From an uncultured Candidatus Saccharibacteria bacterium (GTDB lineage Bacteria > Patescibacteriota > Doudnabacteria > UBA920): 64,000 nucleotides of DNA. The notes below the pieces were generated by a model. The model worked only from the letters and a program-made list of their open reading frames with translations. It was not told where the DNA came from and made no database searches. The stretch covers positions 10,671-74,670 of the forward strand of contig CAYSUI010000005.1 in the NCBI GenBank assembly GCA_964434195.1. Direction: 5' to 3'. Each line of letters opens with the position of its first letter. Positions within the stretch are counted from its first letter, which is position 1. Made by a program: the position numbers and the translations under genes. This document shows, piece by piece, positions 31,008-40,835 of the stretch.

Positions 31008-31979
31008 CTATTTTCTTAATTTTAGATACTCTAGCAATCCTTCTTGCAATCTTTTTTCGCCATCCCAAACAACTATATTGTAACCCGGAAGAAACTCAGA
31101 CGGATCTTCTTGTCTAAAAGTTATAGACCGAACATTAGGATCTAATGCTTCAGAAATATGCCTGTCTGTCCCACCCTTAATAATAGAAAATTTATCTCCC
31201 CAAACTTCTAACCTATCTGCGTTTAAAAGTTCTTCAGAGGATGTTCCTAAAATTTTAAGATGCTCCTCATTTTCTAAAACAAATTTTACAGCTGTATTTT
31301 TTGAAACTCCTTCTACAGCAAAATCTACAGCAAACTCTCCTGCCAATCTTGGGGTCATCGGAACATCATATTCTTTCAAAAGTTGATCCGCTCTTTCTAT
31401 GAAAGGAATTCTAAAATCAAAAATTTCTTTATCAAGATTTAATTTTTCAGAAATAGTTTTTGACTGATCAGAAGACATGTCATATGAGTTCACAAACTCA
31501 TACGTAATCTGAGGACCTCTATCTTGGTACATGACTGCAAATGGATCTCTTCCACTGTCCATTAAAAATTTAGTCACGTTAGTTGGAGGGAAAATTTTTA
31601 ACTTGAATTCAGAAATTAATTTTGAAGATACGACTCTTAAATTTTTCTTTTGGACCTCAGAAAGTTTTTCTTCATACAAACTATAAAAAGGTCTTAAATT
31701 TATTTTTCCATCTTTGTTGAATCCCCAAACTTCTGTACCACTACACGACCCTATTAAAATTTTATTTCTATAATTAAAATTTATTTTATCCGTTACTCTC
31801 CAAACTATATCTTTAACATCTTGTCCAGAAATTAAAAATAAAATTTTACCTTCTTCTAAAATTTTTTCTAGCTCTCGAACCAATTCTTGATCTATAGGAG
31901 AATATAGATCAGCGATAGTTTGATCTACATCTGAAAGTATCAACTTTACATTTTTATTCCACTCAATTTTTTTTTGCAT
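31008..31979 (-). CDS. HAD-superfamily hydrolase (phosphomannomutase-like)
   Basis: SDVDQT motif I, ISG, GVSK, WGD...GGTD. Confidence 0.75.
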   Translation of the reverse strand: MQKKIEWNKNVKLILSDVDQTIADLYSPIDQELVRELEKILEEGKILFLISGQDVKDIVWRVTDKINFNYRNKILIGSCSGTEVWGFNKDGKINLRPFYSLYEEKLSEVQKKNLRVVSSKLISEFKLKIFPPTNVTKFLMDSGRDPFAVMYQDRGPQITYEFVNSYDMSSDQSKTISEKLNLDKEIFDFRIPFIERADQLLKEYDVPMTPRLAGEFAVDFAVEGVSKNTAVKFVLENEEHLKILGTSSEELLNADRLEVWGDKFSIIKGGTDRHISEALDPNVRSITFRQEDPSEFLPGYNIVVWDGEKRLQEGLLEYLKLRK

Positions 31980-31981
31980 AA

Positions 31982-32767
31982 TTATTTTTTTAAATTTTCA
32001 ATTCTCAATCTAGAAACTTCTAAATAATTTTTATCGATATCGATACCTACAAATTTTCTATTCTCACTAAGAGCAACAACTCCCGTTGTCGAGCTTCCTG
32101 TAAATGGATCCAAAATCAAATCTTCTTTTTTTGTACTCGATAAAATTATTCTTCTTAAAAGTTCTAAAGGTTTTTGTGTAGGATGATTTCCTAAAATTTT
32201 TTCTTCCATCTTCGGACTAGAAATTTGCCATACCGTATGCATCTGCTGATTTGGAATTTTTAAATTATCATCTGCATCCAAATAATTTTTCATAGTATCG
32301 TATTCAAAAATATATTTTGAATTGCTATCTTTACCAGCCCATATTAAATTTTCATGGCTTGCTGTAAATGTGCGTTTAGTAAAATTTGGTGTAATCTTTT
32401 TTTTTAACCAAACTATATCATTTAATATTTTAAAACCAGATGCTTGCAGTGCGAAGCCGGACATATATATAGAGTGGAAAGTTCCACTTACCCAAAGTGT
32501 CGCATTCGGTTTCATTATTCTTCTGCATGCTCTTATCCAAGACAGATGAAATTCAAAATCTTTCTTTACCCCCTGACTCTTATCCCAGTCTCCCTTATCA
32601 ACACTTTTAATTGTTCCATTCACAAATGTTTTACCACCATTAGAAAGAAAATATGGCGGGTCAGCGAATACCATATCTACTGTTTCAGGCTCGAAAGTTT
32701 CAAGTACTGAAACACAGTTTCCCAAATACAGCTTATAGTCTTTTCCTTCAAAGAATGATTGTTGCAT
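31982..32767 (-). CDS. Beta-class N6-adenine/N4-cytosine DNA methyltransferase (orphan)
   Basis: FADPPY, HPTQKP, LDPFTGSSTTG. Confidence 0.9.
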   Translation of the reverse strand: MQQSFFEGKDYKLYLGNCVSVLETFEPETVDMVFADPPYFLSNGGKTFVNGTIKSVDKGDWDKSQGVKKDFEFHLSWIRACRRIMKPNATLWVSGTFHSIYMSGFALQASGFKILNDIVWLKKKITPNFTKRTFTASHENLIWAGKDSNSKYIFEYDTMKNYLDADDNLKIPNQQMHTVWQISSPKMEEKILGNHPTQKPLELLRRIILSSTKKEDLILDPFTGSSTTGVVALSENRKFVGIDIDKNYLEVSRLRIENLKK

Positions 32768-32879
32768 ACAGAGTTTGTGCTTTATTTACTAGCGTTTCAC
32801 TTGTTTCATTACCATCAGTTTAACAGTTTAACCGAGTGTTACACAAAATGAAACCGCCATATTTATGGCGGTTTCATTT

Positions 32880-32973
32880 TGGCGGAAGCGGTGGGATTCG
32901 AACCCACGTGAAGGCTTTTGGCCCTCAAGCGCATTTCGAGTGCGCCCCGTTACGACCACTTCGGTACGCTTCC
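32880..32973 (-). tRNA. tRNA-Ser(CGA)
   Basis: Long variable arm, ctCGAaa loop, GCCA end. Confidence 0.94.
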
Positions 32974-32996
32974 CTACAAACGCTTGCTTATTGTAT

Positions 32997-33656
32997 CTAG
33001 CCAGCAAAATTTTTGCAAAATGTTTTTCTATGAAAGTTTGTTAATCCAAATCTTAAAATTGCATCTACGTGTTTCTTAGTTCCATAACCTTTATTTTCTT
33101 CCCAAAAATACTTCGGGAAACATTCTGAAAGTTTCTTCATTAAGTTATCTCTATATACCTTCGCAATAATCGAAGCACAAGCTATTTCAAAAACCTTAGA
33201 ATCCCCTTTCACAACCGAATATGCATTATAAGAAATATTGTTTGGAACAAATTTGCCATCAAACAAAACCAAGGTATTGTCTCGATCAATAACACCTTCG
33301 CTAAAAATACTTTTCACACATTCATTCATACTCTCCAAAACAGCGTTGTGAATATTTATTTCATCTATCCTAGCAGGTGTAGTTTCTAAAATTATATACT
33401 TGGTAGCTGTATTTATAATTTCTTTTGAAAGAATTTCGCGTTTGCCCTCGCGCAATGCCTTACTGTCTTTAACTTCACTCTTCCACGGCTCACGTGCAGC
33501 GGTGGTGTGATTCACGTTGAACACCACCGCTGCAACCACTAAGGGCCCAGCCAAACTCCCCCTTCCTACTTCATCCACCCCCACAACCCACTCCGTCCCT
33601 TCACTCAAATCCCTACCGGCCCACACCATTCCTTTTTGAGTATTTTGATTCTTCAT
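32997..33656 (-). CDS. rnhB: Ribonuclease HII
   Basis: GVDEVGRGSLAGP, DSK, KGD, ASIIAKVYRD, NKGYGT. Confidence 0.95.
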   Translation of the reverse strand: MKNQNTQKGMVWAGRDLSEGTEWVVGVDEVGRGSLAGPLVVAAVVFNVNHTTAAREPWKSEVKDSKALREGKREILSKEIINTATKYIILETTPARIDEINIHNAVLESMNECVKSIFSEGVIDRDNTLVLFDGKFVPNNISYNAYSVVKGDSKVFEIACASIIAKVYRDNLMKKLSECFPKYFWEENKGYGTKKHVDAILRFGLTNFHRKTFCKNFAG

Positions 33657-33704
33657 TATCTTTGATTTGATTTATAAAACAAAATTACGCCAACTCACCG
33701 CAGA

Positions 33705-33846
33705 GAGACCGAGGATGTTTTAGCTCGAACGAAATCCGGACCCGATTTAGAATCTGGCTTTGCCAGTTATAAATCTCAGGCTATTGGCCACATGCCAGTG
33801 CCGATAAGAAGCCGGACCTAGTGAGAGTTGAAACATCCTCGGTCTC
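33705..33846. mobile_element. MITE-like element with 16-bp perfect terminal inverted repeats
   Basis: gagaccgaggatgttt ... aaacatcctcggtctc; internal ctggctttgccag hairpin. Confidence 0.6.
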
Positions 33847-33864
33847 GAACACGGACAAAACATC

Positions 33865-34302
33865 TTAAAATCTAACTCTCAATCTCGGGGACAACTCCAA
33901 GTTCAATAACCTAAAACAACTATCATTCTCAAAAAACAAAACCTCCCCTACCATCTCCCCTTCCAACAAAAGCATCTTCTCATTCAAAACTTCCATTGAC
34001 CCATTCAACAAAAATATTCCATTCTTCTTCTTCGTTTTAATCTCCGAAAACCTATACCATAAGAAACCACTAGGTATCCTATTCTCAACTACAAAATTTA
34101 CAAACTCTTGTTTCCCAAGTTTACTATATTCAGTTAATCCTACATTCCCAAATCCAACATCCAAAAAATCAGCAACCTCATCCAGGTTTCCATAATTTAA
34201 TGCATATGCAAATTTTTCTAACCATTTCCTCAAACTGAACCTTTCTTCGGTTGTTAAGGTATAGTCAAACGTAAACTTAAAATCTAAATTTATATCTTTC
34301 AT
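33865..34302 (-). CDS. Hypothetical protein (possible NTF2-like fold)
   Basis: 145 aa ORF with the minus-strand codon style of its neighbours. Confidence 0.6.
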   Translation of the reverse strand: MKDINLDFKFTFDYTLTTEERFSLRKWLEKFAYALNYGNLDEVADFLDVGFGNVGLTEYSKLGKQEFVNFVVENRIPSGFLWYRFSEIKTKKKNGIFLLNGSMEVLNEKMLLLEGEMVGEVLFFENDSCFRLLNLELSPRLRVRF

Positions 34303-35628
34303 AGTATTAAATATTTAAACAAGTAGTTACAAACAACGAAAACAAGTTTTACCGACTTAAATTAGAATAGCCTTTATTACAAAAATCTTCTATAGACAAA
34401 AAGTGTTAAACAAAAATTTTTAAGCTTATTCATTTATAACTTGCCTAACCGTCCACTATTTAATAAAAACATTCAGAGGAAACATAAATCTAGAAATCCG
34501 CTCTCCTGTTATCTCTCAAATTCAAATTCTTTTTCACAAAGGCAGAAATATTGCAAAAGAAGTTTCCAACAAATCTCGAATAACTATTTCCAGAAAAAAG
34601 ACGTAAGAAAATCTTTTCGAAGGTAAGATACAACTAGGTTTAAAAACACAATTCAAGCTCCAAAACCATACACGAATAACCTTAGTGTTTATTTCCAAAT
34701 AACCGAGACCCTAAGATTACTTTCAGAGCACGTTACATACATTTCTCCCATAGGAATAAGAAGCGTTTTAGAGTTTTGTTTAAAAAACAAACTGACGTAT
34801 GAAAAGATAACCGGAAGTATATTTAGCGACAAACTCTAGCACCTTGAACTTTGGTCTACAGGATTCATAGGGAATTTCCTAAATATCATAAACAAAAAAA
34901 GAATTGAACTTTTTTAAAATGGAGAATCAAAGTGAAACAGATTTTAGTCCCGAAGTCTGTACTACTTGTGGCGCAAACCCACACCAAAAGAACTGGCACA
35001 TTCACTCCTGAAACGAACCAAAAAAAGAACAAACATTCTTCGAATATTAATTTGCGGTTTCAAGTTGGTTCATCCGAGCATGAGCATAGACCACGGATAC
35101 ACAAGAGATAAAAAATCAACACTGCAAACAGTGCCCGGGTAAAGTAAGTAGTGGAAGAAAATGAAACTCTTGCAAAATCCATGATCCAATGATCTATATT
35201 CATTAGCGAGAATTCTTGATAGGTCTCTGGCTTTGCCAGAACCTAGCTCAAGTCGAGAAAGTTTAAAAAAACTGTAGCGATATCGCTACATCGGTAGAAT
35301 TTTTTAAAATTATCTTAGAGGTCATTATGGGAATCTGGTTTTACCTATTCCCAACTAATGTCCGGAAATTGGTGCAGACGCTTGTAACAGAGGTTATTTA
35401 AGAAGTCTTACACCACAAAAACTATTGCCCTCATATTCTCTCTGTTCTTTGGGGAGCAGGTTACAATTTTGGGAAAACTTACTGTAGCTCCATTCTCCCC
35501 TATCAAAACCCAGAGACCGCTTTCGGTCTTGGTTTTAAGCCATTCAAAACTTCACCAACCTGACAAAATGTAATGTTATTTCTAAAAAAAATGAATCCAA
35601 ATAATGGATTCTAAAAAACGACATAAAA

Positions 35629-35973
35629 TTAGTCATCTACCAATACCACAGGACTCCCTGAAATTTTTTCATTCAACTCACTTCTACTAATCTCAGTAAC
35701 GGGAAAACGAATATAATTTGAATCATCTCCACCGTCCTTAAATAGCAACAACTCATTTCTAGTTATTTGGAACTGCATAACCCCATTAGTTATCGGAATT
35801 GAGACAAATACTTTTTCACTGCCCCCCTCTCCTTTTACTAAGTAGCAATCAAGGTTATGAAAATAAACATAAGAGTTACTCCCCTCACGAGGGAAATACT
35901 TAAACAAAATCACAAGCCCCCAAATTACCAAAGTAACCATTAACACATTCACCGTAACTAAAGCATAAATCAT
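35629..35973 (-). CDS. Hypothetical protein with N-terminal TM
   Basis: AGGAGG RBS, hydrophobic N-terminus. Confidence 0.6.
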   Translation of the reverse strand: MIYALVTVNVLMVTLVIWGLVILFKYFPREGSNSYVYFHNLDCYLVKGEGGSEKVFVSIPITNGVMQFQITRNELLLFKDGGDDSNYIRFPVTEISRSELNEKISGSPVVLVDD

Positions 35974-36284
35974 AACAATCCTCCTTTACGATTGACCCCT
36001 ATTATAGTCCAACCAAACAAAAACTCCTATCATAAGATAGAAGCTTATGCCTGGTCGGAGCACTTCGGTCTTTAGTAAGCAAAATCATAGTCTTCCTGGT
36101 ATAACCTGACGTCACTAAAACAAAAATATCATTTCATTTAAAAATACTTAAACCAACTTACTCCAAAACATACTACACATGAATAAATCATTCTATAACC
36201 AAATAACTCATTACTTTATATCTTGACATTTCTTTAAAAAATGTTAGATTTACATTTATTTTTACCAACCAAAAGGAGCAAAAC

Positions 36285-36701
36285 ATGGAGCTATCAACTT
36301 TACAGAGCCTTATCTCTGGACTCCCTAATACACTGCTAGACGAGTTAGTTATCAAGCTTCGTCTTGATTCAGAGATAAACTTAGGTAATTCCTCGAATTC
36401 AGAAATTTCTGCTAACTTAATAGCTTACCTAAACCGAAGAAACCAAATCTCTTTTTTAGCCCAAGCGATTACCGAACTCGCCCCGGGACTGCTGACATAT
36501 TCATCAGCAGAAGAAATTCTCACTAAGAGAAATGAACTTGCGGAAAGAATCACAAAAGAATTGGGTGCTACAAAAGTTAACAGCCTAGCAGAAAGATACA
36601 CATTCAGAAAATATATACCTAGGAATACTAGTGGCAACCTCATCCCCTATCTAGTTTGCCATTTAGCGATCGTCTTAGAAAAAGAACAAGAACTAAGCTA
36701 A
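36285..36701 (+). CDS. Hypothetical protein, N-terminus resembles an effector-associated (EAD-like) helical domain
   Basis: TTGACA-17-TAGATT promoter, AGGAG RBS, LDEL..KL.LD.E.NL......SANLIAYLNRRNQI..L..AI....P pattern. Confidence 0.55.
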   Translation: MELSTLQSLISGLPNTLLDELVIKLRLDSEINLGNSSNSEISANLIAYLNRRNQISFLAQAITELAPGLLTYSSAEEILTKRNELAERITKELGATKVNSLAERYTFRKYIPRNTSGNLIPYLVCHLAIVLEKEQELS

Positions 36702-36761
36702 ATACCACCCTTCATATGAAGGGTATTTTTATAAACAAAAAATCCCCCTCAGGGGATTTTT

Positions 36762-36835
36762 TGGTGGACCCACGGAGAATCGAACTCCGAACTAATCCAT
36801 GCCATGGATCCGTATTACCACTATACTATGGGCCC
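36762..36835 (-). tRNA. tRNA-Ala(GGC)
   Basis: G3:U70 pair, atGGCat loop, ACCA end. Confidence 0.9.
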
Positions 36836-36883
36836 TAATAAAAGAATTAAAAATATTCTACTGAATCATCTTTTATAGGTCAA

Positions 36884-37162
36884 CTACTTACTATTATTTA
36901 TATTTGGGAGCCTAGTCTGTTCTGCCTGCTTAAGTAAACCATCAAAGCGTTTCATCTGGTCTCTGAAAGCTGGCACAACGCCAATTGCATTCAACATCCA
37001 ACCTAATATAGCCAGAGCCAAAACTGCACCCACCACAGAACCAAAACCACTGAGTGTTCCATGAAAAAAGCTCTTCCACCAACCTTGTTTAAGTACCTGC
37101 TGAGTCTCTACAATACTCTTATGAATCTCGTCTAGTTTTTTATAAAAATCTTGTTCATTCAT
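36884..37162 (-). CDS. Small membrane protein (DUF5665-like)
   Basis: WWKSFFHGTLSGFGSVVGA; probable start MNEQ. Confidence 0.65.
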   Translation of the reverse strand: MNEQDFYKKLDEIHKSIVETQQVLKQGWWKSFFHGTLSGFGSVVGAVLALAILGWMLNAIGVVPAFRDQMKRFDGLLKQAEQTRLPNINNSK

Positions 37163-37208
37163 ATTCAAATTATAACATATCAACAATAGCCTCTTCAGTT
37201 CTTACTTT

Positions 37209-37283
37209 TGGTCCCTTTGGAGGGAATCGAACCCCCATCTTATCCTTAGGACGGATCTGCTCTATCCATTGAGCTACAAAGGG
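37209..37283 (-). tRNA. tRNA-Arg(CCT)
   Basis: Cloverleaf, gtCCTaa loop, CCA end. Confidence 0.92.
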
Positions 37284-37348
37284 CACAAAAATAAAAATGG
37301 AAAAAATAATATATTTATACTACAGAGAAACTTTATAAAAAACAAAGT

Positions 37349-38767
37349 ATGTTCAGGAAATTAACAAACCTATCATTGTTAAACACAAAAGCGATTGATC
37401 AAAAATATAAATTCTCACCTCTACAAAAGATATTCACAGGACTGATCATAGTTTTATATGTAACCTCAATTTTTTATCCTATAAAAGCTAATCTCAATAC
37501 TTCTCTACAATTTGCAACAGGAAGTAAATCAGATTTTTTAATAATTTTTCTTTATTTAAGCGATATTTTGTTGCTTTGTTTATTCTACCTTTTAATACTA
37601 CATAAAAAATTACTCTCAAAAAAAATAGTATGTTTATGGGGATTATTTATTTTTTCCTCTTTATTAAGCATTTTTTATAACGGGCTTAATAATCTCGCCA
37701 TTCCTATATATTATCTTGCTCTAATATCTTTAGGTTTTGTTACATATGAAACTGTACGTATTATCTTTAATAATATTCAGCTTAAAAAAATATTTATTAG
37801 TACATTTCTAATTCTCTCAATTACTCAGTCATTATTAGTAATATATCAGTGGAATAAACAACAATCATTTGGATTATTTCACGTGGGAGAATCAAATATA
37901 TCACGTGAAATTGTAGGAGTTGCCAAAATCGACACTCCACGTGGAAAACTAATACGTCCTTACGGTACTTTTCCTCATCCAAATATACTTTCTGTATTTT
38001 TATTAACTGCATGGTTTATAGGATTTACCCAAATAAAACCTAATAAACATTTAATATATCCTCATATTTACGGGATATTAACTACATTTTGCTTACTTCT
38101 AACATTTAGCCGATCCACCATCATAATTTGGACCATAAGCCTAATAGCACTACTCCTATATAACTTAATTAAGAAGCTTCACAGGAAACATCTATACTAT
38201 CTAATAACTAGTTTAGTAACTTTATGTCTATTCATTACTATAAATTTACAATATCTATTAAATAGATATAACAGTGCATATACAGATGGGTCTTTAAATC
38301 TTCGTAATACCTACAACCTATTCGCATATAAGTTTATCCAAAATTCTCCTATTTTTGGCATAGGGCCGGGACAAACAATGTTTCAAATGAAACAAAACAA
38401 CTATCTCAGCTTAAAAACATACGAAATTCAACCAATTCACAACTTCCCCCTACTTATATGGACAGAATTCGGGATTATACCTCTTCTCATAATTTTATTA
38501 ATAGTACTTCTCACTATAATGAATCTTTGGAAATCTTTTAATACAGCATTAAAAGATGATGAGAAAAAATCTGAATTATTCTTTTTAATGGTGTATATTT
38601 TCTCAATTCTTGCATTATCCCTTACAGACCACTACTTCTACACTTCTAGACAAGGAATACTGATTTTTTGGGGAACCATCGGAGTGTCTTATTCAATACT
38701 TCTAAAACTCAACAAAAAAGATGTTTCAGATGAAACATCAATTTACGAGCCCCCTAGTAATAATTGA
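37349..38767 (+). CDS. O-antigen ligase family protein
   Basis: RPYGTFPHPN, LTFSRS, PIFGIG, QPIHN; many TMs. Confidence 0.85.
   Translation: MFRKLTNLSLLNTKAIDQKYKFSPLQKIFTGLIIVLYVTSIFYPIKANLNTSLQFATGSKSDFLIIFLYLSDILLLCLFYLLILHKKLLSKKIVCLWGLFIFSSLLSIFYNGLNNLAIPIYYLALISLGFVTYETVRIIFNNIQLKKIFISTFLILSITQSLLVIYQWNKQQSFGLFHVGESNISREIVGVAKIDTPRGKLIRPYGTFPHPNILSVFLLTAWFIGFTQIKPNKHLIYPHIYGILTTFCLLLTFSRSTIIIWTISLIALLLYNLIKKLHRKHLYYLITSLVTLCLFITINLQYLLNRYNSAYTDGSLNLRNTYNLFAYKFIQNSPIFGIGPGQTMFQMKQNNYLSLKTYEIQPIHNFPLLIWTEFGIIPLLIILLIVLLTIMNLWKSFNTALKDDEKKSELFFLMVYIFSILALSLTDHYFYTSRQGILIFWGTIGVSYSILLKLNKKDVSDETSIYEPPSNN
37738..38737. promoter_or_regulatory. Cluster of parS-like 16-mers inside the O-antigen ligase gene
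   Basis: TGTTACATATGAAACT 37738, TATTTCACGTGGGAGA 37875, TATATCACGTGAAATT 37897, CACTCCACGTGGAAAA 37933, TGTTTCAGATGAAACA 38722. Confidence 0.55.
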
Positions 38768-38810
38768 GTAGAAATTGAGGAAACTACATAAGCAAGAAGT
38801 TTATTATGGC

Positions 38811-39281
38811 TTATTTATGGTAATTTTTTCCCGCTATAATCATACACGCTCTATATAATTGCTCCTCTAGTAAAATACGAGCAAAATTGTGGGTAAATGT
38901 CATTTTACTTAAAGAAATCTGATAATTAGAAACTGCTCTCAGGCTAGAATGAATCCCAAGGGAACCACCTATTACAAAAACTAACTCCTGCCCTAAATTT
39001 CCTACTCTTTCAATAAAATTAGCAAATCCCATAGAGTCTCTTTCTGTCCCCTTCTCTTCCAGCACAATCGTAATTGATTCCTTATCAAGGTACTTTAAAA
39101 TATTTGTCGCCTCTTTCTCTTTTACGCGCTCTAAATCTTCGTTTTCTTTATAGCCCACCTCTTGCAATTCTACTATTTTAAGTTTCGCATATGGAGATAA
39201 ACGTTTCATGTACAACAATTCCAACTCCTTAAACTCTTTTTCTTTAAATTTACCTAAACAAATAATCTTTATTTTAAACAT
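38811..39281 (-). CDS. rlmH: 23S rRNA pseudouridine-1915 methyltransferase RlmH
   Basis: FVIGGSLG, SLSKMTFTH, LLEEQLYRA, NYHK. Confidence 0.95.
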   Translation of the reverse strand: MFKIKIICLGKFKEKEFKELELLYMKRLSPYAKLKIVELQEVGYKENEDLERVKEKEATNILKYLDKESITIVLEEKGTERDSMGFANFIERVGNLGQELVFVIGGSLGIHSSLRAVSNYQISLSKMTFTHNFARILLEEQLYRACMIIAGKNYHK

Positions 39282-39401
39282 ATATATACTCTACCTTAGA
39301 TAATACCCAGTGTGTATAGTACTACCGAAATTCATTACACGCACGCCTAACCAAACTAAATACTAAACAAAAAACACCCTATTTGGGTGTTTTTCTTAAA
39401 A

Positions 39402-39632
39402 TTAAAGATGTATAAACTTATCTAAATACTTATGCAGAACGTTATGACTCAAGTCATAGTAGTATAAAGCAAGTAACAACCCTAAATACAAGACATTTAA
39501 CATTAAAAGCCTCACTAAGTCTTGTTTAATAAATGCATATTCTTCGGCGAAATGCCCTGGGACCGCTGAGTTCGGGACCATACCAGAATGCTCATTAATG
39601 CTTACCCTATTATTCTTATGTTTTTTACTCAT
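39402..39632 (-). CDS. Small membrane protein
   Basis: EYAFIKQDL followed by one TM; followed by a terminator. Confidence 0.6.
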   Translation of the reverse strand: MSKKHKNNRVSINEHSGMVPNSAVPGHFAEEYAFIKQDLVRLLMLNVLYLGLLLALYYYDLSHNVLHKYLDKFIHL

Positions 39633-39749
39633 AGTTTGTAATTTATAAAGAAATAATAAACAATTTCAACATTGTAGGCAAGCAAAAAGGTTGTTAATAT
39701 TAATATGATTTAATCTAATTTCAATGACTAGTTTGCTTCATGTCAAACA

Positions 39750-40286
39750 ATGCAAAGAAAATTATTAAGTCTTTTTAAATCGTTCTTAATAAAAATAAAT
39801 ATCTTGATAAATACTCTACAAATTGTCTTAACTATTTTTTGCCTTTTATCACTCTGCTTCTCCACATACTCTCTTATATGGGTTATAAAACTCAAAAAAC
39901 TTAGAAGAAAATTATTAGAAAAAAGCCCACCTTTAACTTTAGAAGAGGCATTAAATAGCCTAGAAACCCACTTAACAGTTCTTGAAAGGAACCAACTTTC
40001 TACTCAAGAACAAATAGATATTGTAGAAAAAATTCTCCAAGGAGCTATTCAAAAAGTAGGAATTGTAAAATTCAATTCGCTTTCAAACGACGGTGGCAAT
40101 TTCTCTTTCTCTGCAGCACTATTAAATCATCATAACTCTGGAATAATCTTATCGAGTTTATATGGACGAGAATTCAATAGAATTTATATAAAATCCATAC
40201 AAAATGGACATAGTGAAATTCCTTTAACCGAGGAGGAGGAAAAAGCTCTAGCAGAAACACAAGTTAGGAAAAAAATAATTAATTAA
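39750..40286 (+). CDS. DUF4446-family protein
   Basis: QKVGIVKFN...GGNFSFSAALL...SGIILSSLYGRE..RIYIK. Confidence 0.8.
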   Translation: MQRKLLSLFKSFLIKINILINTLQIVLTIFCLLSLCFSTYSLIWVIKLKKLRRKLLEKSPPLTLEEALNSLETHLTVLERNQLSTQEQIDIVEKILQGAIQKVGIVKFNSLSNDGGNFSFSAALLNHHNSGIILSSLYGREFNRIYIKSIQNGHSEIPLTEEEEKALAETQVRKKIIN

Positions 40287-40307
40287 CCAATACTTTAAAT
40301 AAATTTT

Positions 40308-40697
40308 ATGTCAAAAAACCCAGATTCAGAAAACTTAAGCGCAGAAACCGTAGTAGGACCTTCGGTGAAAATACAAGGTGATTTAAATAGCGAGGGAAAT
40401 ATAAAAATAGAAGGTCAAGTAACTGGTAAAGTAAATACAACTCAAAGCGTTTATGTGGGTCAAGCAGCTAAGATTCTCGCTGATGTATTTGCGGGAAATG
40501 CCATTATCGCTGGCGATATCCAAGGAAATATCAAAGTATCTGGTAATTTAATTCTCCAAGGGACAGCTAAAATTAAAGGCGATATTACTTGTTCCATACT
40601 AAGAGTCGAAGATGGTGCACTATTCACAGGCAAATGTAGCATGAACGGTGGATCTCCCCGAGTAGCTAGTTCTTCAATGGAAGCCGAATTAGAATAG
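40308..40697 (+). CDS. Bactofilin (polymer-forming cytoskeletal protein)
   Basis: ETVVGPSVKIQGDL...IKIEGQVTG...VEDGALFTGKCSM. Confidence 0.9.
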   Translation: MSKNPDSENLSAETVVGPSVKIQGDLNSEGNIKIEGQVTGKVNTTQSVYVGQAAKILADVFAGNAIIAGDIQGNIKVSGNLILQGTAKIKGDITCSILRVEDGALFTGKCSMNGGSPRVASSSMEAELE

Positions 40698-40835
40698 AAA
40701 ATTAAACTTCCTCAAACCACGGATCGCAAATTTGGGGTCAGATTATTGCGCAAATAAAACTTAAATCCAGCTCAGCTGGTTTTAAAATCAGTAGTTCACT
40801 TAGATGATTTATGCTTAAAGGCAAAATCCAAACTT

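Noticed and set aside
36762-36835. tRNA-Gly call for this gene
   Set aside because: The anticodon reads GGC on the coding strand and the G3:U70 pair identifies Ala.
37000-40000. Origin at the switch from mostly minus to mostly plus genes
   Set aside because: Plus-strand genes to the right remain C/A-rich and minus-strand genes G/T-rich, so strand bias does not appear to flip.
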